Shown piece by piece: positions 1-5,292 of a stretch of DNA of 5,292 nt. The translations under genes and the position numbers were made by a program. Each line of letters starts with the position of its first letter. Position 1 is the first letter of the stretch. Location: NCBI GenBank assembly GCA_047611865.1, contig JBLFWS010000226.1, positions 1-5,292 on the forward strand. Direction: 5' to 3'. Origin of the DNA: Chlamydiales bacterium (GTDB taxonomy: Bacteria > Chlamydiota > Chlamydiia > Chlamydiales > JBDQID01). Below the pieces are notes generated by a model. It was not told the DNA's origin, did not search any database, and saw only the letters and a program-made list of their open reading frames with translations.

Positions 1-98
1 TAATGGAGGTAGAAATACTGCTTAACAACAGACCTCGAAAAGTGTTAAACTTTTCCACACCTATAGAGGTTTTTAGCCGCCTTAGTGAGGCTGCCTAA
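1..98 (+). CDS. IS30-family transposase, C-terminal fragment (5' part outside window)
   Basis: Frame from nt 3 reads MEVEILLNNRPRKVLNFSTPIEVFSRLSEAA* (TAA 96-98). LNNRPRKxLxF/YxTPxEVF is the characteristic C-terminal motif of IS30 DDE transposases. Too short for the ORF track. Confidence 0.9.
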   Translation, partial: MEVEILLNNRPRKVLNFSTPIEVFSRLSEAA

Positions 99-125
99 AT
101 GTCGCACTTCAGAATTGAATCGGCG
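1..125 (+). mobile_element. Right end of an IS30-family insertion sequence, with terminal inverted repeat at about 100-125
   Basis: Directly after the transposase stop lies TGTCGCACTTCAGAATTGAATCGGC(G), resembling the TGTTGCACTT..TTGAAT..GC type of right IR in IS30 elements. The left IR is outside the window, so the exact end (124 or 125) and the target duplication cannot be confirmed. Confidence 0.8.
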
Positions 126-278
126 TTCGGAAATGATCGTTAAAAATGTTTGGATAAACTCTTCAGAAATTGTTGAAGAAGAGGACTCTCGAGCAGTAGG
201 AGTAGAGACTTCATTAGCACTCAATTCCGCTTGAAGAGCTGTACTTGAATCCTTACTTTCACTTACATTTCAAGACAT
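126..278 (-). pseudogene. Remnant of a Ser/Thr/Glu-rich hypothetical protein gene with a stop at codon 3, truncated by the IS30 element
   Basis: Minus strand has AGAGG SD (287-283), then ATG (278-276) TCT TGA, then an open frame NVSESKDSSTALQAELSANEVSTPTARESSSSTISEEFIQTFLTIISER running into the IS end. An AT-rich promoter-like tract lies upstream (288-311). Confidence 0.5.
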
Positions 279-348
279 AAAACCTCTTTATTAATAAATA
301 TTAATTAAATTACAAGAGCCATAATATCTTATCACAAACTAACAAAAG

Positions 349-392
349 CTATACACAAACAAGTTCAAGAACCGGAATTTGTTTGTGCATAG
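349..392 (-). terminator. 18-bp inverted repeat (REP-like hairpin), probable intrinsic terminator of the symporter gene
   Basis: CTATACACAAACAAGTTC (349-366) and GAATTTGTTTGTGCATAG (375-392) are 16/18 complementary with an 8-nt loop. On the minus strand the stem is followed by CTTTTGTTAGTTTG and starts about 50 nt after the symporter stop. Confidence 0.6.
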
Positions 393-422
393 AGGAGGAT
401 TTCATGAAATCGTTTGTGCATA
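381..422. repeat. Direct repeat GTTTGTGCATA (381-391, 412-422) flanking the perfect 14-bp palindrome GATTTCATGAAATC (398-411)
   Basis: Read directly from the sequence. Confidence 0.8.
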
Positions 423-440
423 TAAAGTCCTGTGGACACC

Positions 441-1841
441 CTACCTTCGAATAAGTCGGGACAAGCCAAAAACCAAAAAGCTGGCCGCCATTCCTGGCAA
501 AGCGTCATAGATTGCACCGGAATATCCCAAGACAAATCTCCAGATCAAAATACATGACAAGCCACTAAACATCATAAGAATAGATGTAACATTACCTACA
601 GAGACTCGTAAAGAACGTAAGATCACAAGTGGCCCTAAGGTAGAAGCCAATCCAGACCAGGCTAAAACTACTAGAGTGAATACATTTTGTGATCCTGAAA
701 GAGCAATAAATAACGCTACACAAGCAATGAGTAGAGTTGCTAGTTTATTAGCTTTCAAAGAATGCGAATCACTCACTCTGAAAATATCATGTGTAATCGC
801 TGCTGAGCAGGAAAGAATCTGAGAATCAGCCGTAGACATGGAAGCTGAGAATAGACCTGCAAGTATAAACCCAACGAATACCTGGGGTAAGAGAACTTGA
901 GAAAGACGAGGAAGAGCAAGTTCGGGATCGAAAGATGCAAGCTCCGGTATAATGATGCGACAGAGCAGTCCTGTAAGAATTGCGCCAGCCGTGAACAGTA
1001 CATACCAGATAACATAGATTCGTCGAGCTCGCTTAATCATGTCAGATGACTCAATTACCATCGCACGCACCATAATATGAGGTTGTCCCACAACACCGAT
1101 ACCCGCCGCTGCCCACCCTAAAGCGTATAAGGCAAATCCGAACTGTAGATTCTCTGGTATCAAATTGGTCAACGATGGATCTATTGCTCTAAGCTGAGGG
1201 AGTAGTTCAGAAACCCCTCCTATTTCAGCAAAAGCCGTAAAACAGAGAAAGCTTATAGACACTATCATCACTACCGACTGGTATACATCTGTCCAAATGG
1301 AGGCTCTAATTCCTCCAGCTAAACAATAGAGAACCGTGATGGTGGCACCCAAAATTGCCCCTGTAGAATAGTCCCAGCCAAAAAGAACGTGGAGAGCTTT
1401 GCTCCCTGCTTTAAACTGTGCAGCAGAATATGTTCCGAGAAAAGCTACAAGAATTATGCCGGCGATTGCTGAAACGAGAAGGCTCTTACCATTCTTTGAT
1501 GTTGCTATCATTGAGGGAATGGTTTTCGCATTTAAAGCTTCAGATTGCTCTCTTAAATTTTTATGTACGAAAAACCAGGTAAAATAATCACCAAAAATCC
1601 ATCCAATCATTATCCAAATGGTAGAAAGACCACCTAAATATGTTGTTCCTATAAGCCCAACAAACATAAAGCCACTATTATTAGAAGCTACACAAGATAA
1701 AGCCATTGCCCAAGGACCCACGTCCCGGCTAGCTAGAAGATAATCTTCTGTAGTATTACGTTTTTTCATAGCTGATAACAGACCAATAAAAGTCGAAATA
1801 CCCATGAAAACTAGAAAACTTATGATTGTAGGATTGAGCAT
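441..1841 (-). CDS. putP: Sodium:solute symporter (SSF) family protein, sodium/proline symporter PutP-like, 466 aa
   Basis: About 13 hydrophobic segments. SSF/PutP-like motifs EDYLLASRDVGPWAMALS, SNNSGFMFVGL, GGIRASIWTDVYQ, GQPHIMVRAM and SASMSTADSQIL. Start moved from 1886 to ATG 1841 (MLNPT) because GGAG (1852-1849) lies 7 nt upstream. Substrate is inferred. Confidence 0.85.
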   Translation of the reverse strand: MLNPTIISFLVFMGISTFIGLLSAMKKRNTTEDYLLASRDVGPWAMALSCVASNNSGFMFVGLIGTTYLGGLSTIWIMIGWIFGDYFTWFFVHKNLREQSEALNAKTIPSMIATSKNGKSLLVSAIAGIILVAFLGTYSAAQFKAGSKALHVLFGWDYSTGAILGATITVLYCLAGGIRASIWTDVYQSVVMIVSISFLCFTAFAEIGGVSELLPQLRAIDPSLTNLIPENLQFGFALYALGWAAAGIGVVGQPHIMVRAMVIESSDMIKRARRIYVIWYVLFTAGAILTGLLCRIIIPELASFDPELALPRLSQVLLPQVFVGFILAGLFSASMSTADSQILSCSAAITHDIFRVSDSHSLKANKLATLLIACVALFIALSGSQNVFTLVVLAWSGLASTLGPLVILRSLRVSVGNVTSILMMFSGLSCILIWRFVLGYSGAIYDALPGMAASFLVFGLSRLIRR

Positions 1842-1942
1842 GAAAGATCTCCAAAAGTAAATTTTCATTATATACATATTATTCAATATATAAAAGAAAA
1901 TGAAGGCTCTTAATCAATATGGAATCGCTTATGTAGACCAAG

Positions 1943-2356
1943 TCACCTTAACAAGTTCGAATTTTCTCTCTCAGAGATGTTTGCATAGCCTCCTCTCCTT
2001 TGGCCCGAAGAGCCACAAGCAAAGCTACGAACAATCCTCTCACCCAAGCTTCCAAAAAAACCAGGTCGGGCTTGATTAATAGCTTTGACAACCTCAACTC
2101 GCTTCAACCTCAAAGCATTCCGCTTGGCTTCCCCAATGTCTTGCTTGGAGATATCCCTCTCGCGCAAGAGTCTTTTCACCACTTCGACATGCCCCATCTC
2201 AGCGGCTCTCTGTAGAGCAAAACCTTTCACCACCGGAGTTATTTCCGCTTCCCGTATCATTTGGCTTAGGGTCTCCGAGTTTCCAGTAGATGCCGCTGCA
2301 TAAAAATATTGATCATCCTGAGATACAAGACTGAGAAAAAATTGACTAGCCAGCAA
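1943..2356 (-). CDS. Small ankyrin-repeat-like protein, 137 aa
   Basis: TTG start with GGAGG SD 7 nt upstream (2368-2364). Three degenerate ankyrin-like units: FYAAASTGNSETLSQMI, ALQRAAEMGHVEVVKRLL and AKRNALRLKRVEVVKAI. Confidence 0.75.
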   Translation of the reverse strand: MLASQFFLSLVSQDDQYFYAAASTGNSETLSQMIREAEITPVVKGFALQRAAEMGHVEVVKRLLRERDISKQDIGEAKRNALRLKRVEVVKAINQARPGFFGSLGERIVRSFACGSSGQRRGGYANISERENSNLLR

Positions 2357-2375
2357 CCTGATTCCTCCATATAAT
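2347..2375 (+). promoter_or_regulatory. Possible sigma70-type promoter for the plus-strand small ORF
   Basis: Perfect TATAAT at 2370-2375 with TAGCCA (4/6 match to TTGACA) at 2347-2352 and a 17-nt spacer. Confidence 0.3.
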
Positions 2376-2418
2376 GGCGAATGTTTTTTTACAAACTTTC
2401 TAAGTTATGGTTATTCTA

Positions 2419-2670
2419 ATGGGAAATACTTGTTGCAGGACCTCTACCAATCTTGACCATCCTCCTCAAGCAGCAAATAATACCTTACAGCGCACTCATG
2501 CTCCCTCTTATCAAGGGAGAACTGTAAGCACAAGATCATTCGTAACATCAAGAAGGTCGCATCAAGCTGCAATGATCGCCTTTAACCATCGCCACTATCA
2601 TAGTGATCAATATATGAGATACCCGACTTCTCACACCCCCAGAAGTAAAAGTTTTGGCAGACTCCGCTAA
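2419..2670 (+). CDS. Hypothetical small basic, probably disordered protein (83 aa from MGNTCC; alternative start 2407 gives 87 aa)
   Basis: The ORF fills the gap between the ankyrin-like gene and the modC stop without overlap. Rich in S/T/R/H/P. No strong SD sequence, so the start codon is uncertain. Confidence 0.55.
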   Translation: MGNTCCRTSTNLDHPPQAANNTLQRTHAPSYQGRTVSTRSFVTSRRSHQAAMIAFNHRHYHSDQYMRYPTSHTPRSKSFGRLR

Positions 2671-2704
2671 CGCTATACTCGAAACTCCCTTGGATATATT
2701 TGTT

Positions 2705-3415
2705 TCAACCTGGCATCCCGCAAAATTCCAATTCAGGGGTACTCTCTTTCTCAGCTAACACTTTCTCAACAGGTCCTGAAGTTTTTACTCTCCCTTCTTC
2801 GAGAAACACAAAATAATCCGAAAGCCCCTCTATCTCATCAGGGTGATGTGTGACATAAAGTATAGGAATAGAAAGTTCTTTTTCTAAACTCTCCAGAAAA
2901 GGAAGTATCTCTTCTTTACTTTTCTGGTCTAAAGCTGACAAAGGCTCATCCATCAACAATATACGAGGACTGGTCAACAAAGCCCGAGCAATAGCGACTC
3001 TTTGCTTCTCTCCACCTGAAAGTTTATCAGGCTGACGACCCAAAAAAGGCTGGACCCCTAGCATTTCCACAACTTTATCAAAACCAAGCACTCGATCCTT
3101 TTTTGGAACACGACTGAAACCATACTCCAGATTACCTAGAACCGTTAGATGAGGAAAAAGACTAGCCTCCTGAAATACGTAAGCAAGAGCTCGTTTATGA
3201 GATGGAATAAAAGTATTTGCATCCTGCCATACCTCTCCATCTATACTAAGAAAACCCTCTACACCAGGGTCTAAACCCGCAATAGCGCGTAATAAGCTTG
3301 TCTTTCCACTCCCAGAAGGGCCTAAGATGGCAGTAAGCCCTCTTGAAGGTATAGACAAATTGGCATCGAGAATAAAAGATTCTCTCTCCACGCGTAAAGA
3401 ACCTTCAAGGCTCAT
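2705..3415 (-). CDS. modC: Molybdate ABC transporter ATP-binding protein (short form, 236 aa)
   Basis: Walker [10 protein letters not shown]-loop [12 protein letters not shown], signature [15 protein letters not shown], Walker B LLMDEP and H-loop YVTH. ATGA overlap with the modB stop. Confidence 0.93.
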   Translation of the reverse strand: MSLEGSLRVERESFILDANLSIPSRGLTAILGPSGSGKTSLLRAIAGLDPGVEGFLSIDGEVWQDANTFIPSHKRALAYVFQEASLFPHLTVLGNLEYGFSRVPKKDRVLGFDKVVEMLGVQPFLGRQPDKLSGGEKQRVAIARALLTSPRILLMDEPLSALDQKSKEEILPFLESLEKELSIPILYVTHHPDEIEGLSDYFVFLEEGRVKTSGPVEKVLAEKESTPELEFCGMPG

Positions 3416-4095
3416 CCTTGTACCCCTCTGAAAGAGCGATTAAAAAGAAAAACTGTCTGTAACAAAAGAAAAGAAAAAAGTAACAAGCTGCCTGCTAGCA
3501 GGTGTGCTTGGCCAAACTCCATAGCCTCCACATAATCGTAAATAGCTATGGATAGTACCTGTGTCTCACCAGGGATGTTACCCCCTATCATTAGAACCAC
3601 CCCAAATTCGCCTACAGTATGTGCAAAGCCTAATACTGCTGCGGTAAAAAATCCTGAACGGGCTAAGGGTAGAGCCACGCTAAGAAAACGATCAAATGGA
3701 GAAGCTCGCAAAGTTGCAGCAACCTCCAGCGGACGCCTGCCTATGGCTATAAAGGCATTTTGTAAAGGTTGCACGACAAAAGGCAGGGAATATAAAACGG
3801 ATCCTACAAGTATACCTGAAAAGGTAAAAGCTAGATGACGTCCTCCCATAAGTTCCAATAATGACCCAATAGGTCCATGAGGACCAAGGGCGATTAGCAA
3901 ATAGAATCCGAGTACCGTAGGAGGAAGCACAAGAGGCAAAGCAACAATAGCCTCCACCAATATTTTAAACCTAAAACGTGAATGAGCAAGCCACCAGGCT
4001 AAAGGTGTTCCAAGTAGAAGCAAGATTAGTGTCGACGTCCCTGCTAACTTAAGAGTAAGCCAAAATGCTGTAAAATCCGTCTCGTCAAATCCCAT
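3412..4095 (-). CDS. modB: Molybdate ABC transporter permease
   Basis: ModB motifs [28 protein letters not shown]-like EVAATLRAS and [22 protein letters not shown]. Confidence 0.96.
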   Translation of the reverse strand: MGFDETDFTAFWLTLKLAGTSTLILLLLGTPLAWWLAHSRFRFKILVEAIVALPLVLPPTVLGFYLLIALGPHGPIGSLLELMGGRHLAFTFSGILVGSVLYSLPFVVQPLQNAFIAIGRRPLEVAATLRASPFDRFLSVALPLARSGFFTAAVLGFAHTVGEFGVVLMIGGNIPGETQVLSIAIYDYVEAMEFGQAHLLAGSLLLFSFLLLQTVFLFNRSFRGVQG

Positions 4096-4112
4096 AATCT
4101 TTTACTTCCCGG

Positions 4113-4847
4113 TCAAGAAACCTCGTAACCATATTCTCTGATAATTTCTCGAGTTTCGGCGCTTTTGATAAAATCAAGAAATGCCCGTGCTGTTTGAGAG
4201 TCTTTCAATAAAACAGCCTGCTGTAAAATGGGTTGGTATAAGTCTTGAGGAATATCCCAATAATTTCCATCTGGGATAATTTGGGAAAAAGAAATAAAAC
4301 CAAGCTCGGCACTTCCACTTTTTACAAACTGAAATGTCTGGCTAATATTTTCTCCACGCACTATGCGCTCCACTGGGATCTTTTCCCATAGGCCAAGATT
4401 TTCAAGAACTTCTTTGGCAGCCTTTCCATAGGGCGCAAGCTTTGGATTGGCCATTGCAAGATGTTGAAAGTCTCCTAACTCAAGAACTCCTCCATTCGCA
4501 TCTACATAGCCCTCATAAGAACTCCATAAAACAAGCTTTCCTTGAACATAGGTAAAGCGACTACCCATGATAGCAAGACCTTCCTCTTCCAAAAGCTTTG
4601 GACATCGCTCATCACCCGACAAAAAGATGTCAAAGGGTGCTCCATTCTTAATCATTGTATAATGTTTTCCCGTAGACCCAGAAGATATTATAACCTTATC
4701 CCCCGTCTTCGCCTCAAATTTCGGAATGATCACTTTGATCGTTTCAGTAAAGTTAGAAGCTACGGCGACATGTATTTCTTCAGCCCCTATCTCTCGAGGA
4801 ACAAAGAATAACGTCAGAATAAAGAGCAACGCTGATTGAATTATCAT
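4113..4847 (-). CDS. modA: Molybdate ABC transporter periplasmic substrate-binding protein
   Basis: Hydrophobic signal peptide followed by VAVASNF, SGSTGKHY..IKNGAPFDIFLSGD, ANPKLAPYGKAA and GENISQTFQFV. First gene of the modABC operon. Confidence 0.95.
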   Translation of the reverse strand: MIIQSALLFILTLFFVPREIGAEEIHVAVASNFTETIKVIIPKFEAKTGDKVIISSGSTGKHYTMIKNGAPFDIFLSGDERCPKLLEEEGLAIMGSRFTYVQGKLVLWSSYEGYVDANGGVLELGDFQHLAMANPKLAPYGKAAKEVLENLGLWEKIPVERIVRGENISQTFQFVKSGSAELGFISFSQIIPDGNYWDIPQDLYQPILQQAVLLKDSQTARAFLDFIKSAETREIIREYGYEVS

Positions 4848-4890
4848 CGAATACTAAGCCTTATTTTCAAACTACTTATGAAAAGGAGCT

Positions 4891-5059
4891 CTAGGTCGTG
4901 TATTAAAATTAGGGAATGTCTGATTTTGAGAGCATTTTGTTTTGATTTGGGATTGGTCATAACTCTCCATACTTAGACAAGTAGGTGAGTTATGACCGAT
5001 CCCAAAGCAGGACGAAAGGCTCCAAAAGCAGCGTTTCGTAATTTTAATACACGACCTAG
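4891..5059. mobile_element. MITE-like non-autonomous element with perfect 21-bp terminal inverted repeats, palindromic throughout
   Basis: CTAGGTCGTGTATTAAAATTA (4891-4911) is the exact reverse complement of TAATTTTAATACACGACCTAG (5039-5059). CTAG at both ends fits a TA/CTA/CTAG target duplication. Inner arms 4946-4965 and 4987-5006 match 19/20. No transposase is encoded. Confidence 0.8.
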
Positions 5060-5211
5060 GATATATCGGATTTGTTTTTAATACAACTCGTGTGCTGAAA
5101 GGAGGGTGCAACTTTAAGTGGTGGTGAATTATTTTTTTAAGTAAAAACGCATAGCGAGATTATTTCCCAAAGGAATCCAGGAAACCGTTCACGAGGAATA
5201 GGTTAAATCTT

Positions 5212-5280
5212 CATAAACGCCAGAGGCGTGGCATTATGTAGGCAGGGTCGGATCCGAGCGGAGCGAGAGACAGGCCCTGT
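5212..5280. repeat. GC-rich multi-hairpin tract (REP-like element or structured RNA, possibly truncated by the window edge)
   Basis: CATAA-ACGCC-aga-GGCGT-ggca-TTATG (5212-5238), stem CAGGGTC/GGCCCTG (5243-5249 and 5273-5279), palindrome TCGGATCCGA (5248-5257) and GAGCG-GAGCG tandem. Confidence 0.4.
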
Positions 5281-5292
5281 AAAATGGATCTC

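Noticed and set aside
270..272. TGA recoded as Trp or Sec
   Set aside because: TGA is the stop for modA, modB, modC and the ankyrin-like gene, and no SECIS-like hairpin is evident.
349..422. CRISPR array or integron attC interpretation of the repeats (also considered for 4891-5059)
   Set aside because: Only two 11-bp direct copies with no repeat-spacer periodicity, no RYYYAAC/GTTRRRY ends bounding the hairpins, and no cas or integrase gene.
773..1587. ORF-track ORFs 773-1015 (-) and 1399-1587 (+)
   Set aside because: Fully nested in the well-supported symporter gene with no recognisable motifs. Treated as shadow ORFs.
1842..1886. Longer N-terminus of the symporter (start 1886)
   Set aside because: AT-rich intergenic-like sequence. 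The SD supports ATG 1841.
2000..2303. Plus-strand ORFs 2000-2215 and 2085-2303
   Set aside because: Antisense to the ankyrin-like gene, which has a strong SD and motif support.
3548..4811. Plus-strand ORFs 3548-3838 and 4542-4811
   Set aside because: Antisense shadows of modB and modA.
5059..5071. GATATATCGGAT as a ModE box
   Set aside because: Only loosely resembles one half-site. No partner half-site exists even in the reconstructed empty site, and there is no modE in the window.
5076..5085. TTTTAATACA repeat of the TIR core (5042-5051)
   Set aside because: Only 10 AT-rich bases, compatible with chance.
5084..5110. CTCGTGTGCTGAAAGGAGG as a Moco riboswitch 3' end or as a strong SD
   Set aside because: It is on the wrong strand for modA and lacks the rest of the motif. 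As an SD it precedes only very short frames.
4872..5111. 79-aa minus-strand ORF upstream of modA
   Set aside because: TTG start without SD. It spans the palindromic element and has no protein-like features.

Overview
AT-rich (roughly 40% GC by eye) bacterial window using the standard code (TGA terminates modA, modB, modC). From left to right: the 3' end and right inverted repeat of an IS30-family element (1-125), which abuts a decayed Ser/Thr-rich minus-strand ORF; a compact palindrome/repeat cluster (349-422) that could terminate a PutP-like sodium:solute symporter; a divergent pair of small orphan genes; a complete modABC molybdate ABC transporter operon with a short ModC; and a 169-bp non-coding MITE-like element 43 bp upstream of modA. 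In the orphan pair, one is an ankyrin-like protein ending in eukaryotic-type sorting motifs and the other can start MGNTCC, a myristoylation/palmitoylation-type N-terminus. The MITE-like element folds over its whole length into one hairpin with strand-biased G-T wobbles and helically phased purine-purine mismatches. A further GC-rich structured tract runs off the right edge. The content suggests a eukaryote-associated bacterium such as an environmental chlamydia, but that is inference only. The most interesting signals are the candidate effector pair and the structured MITE.
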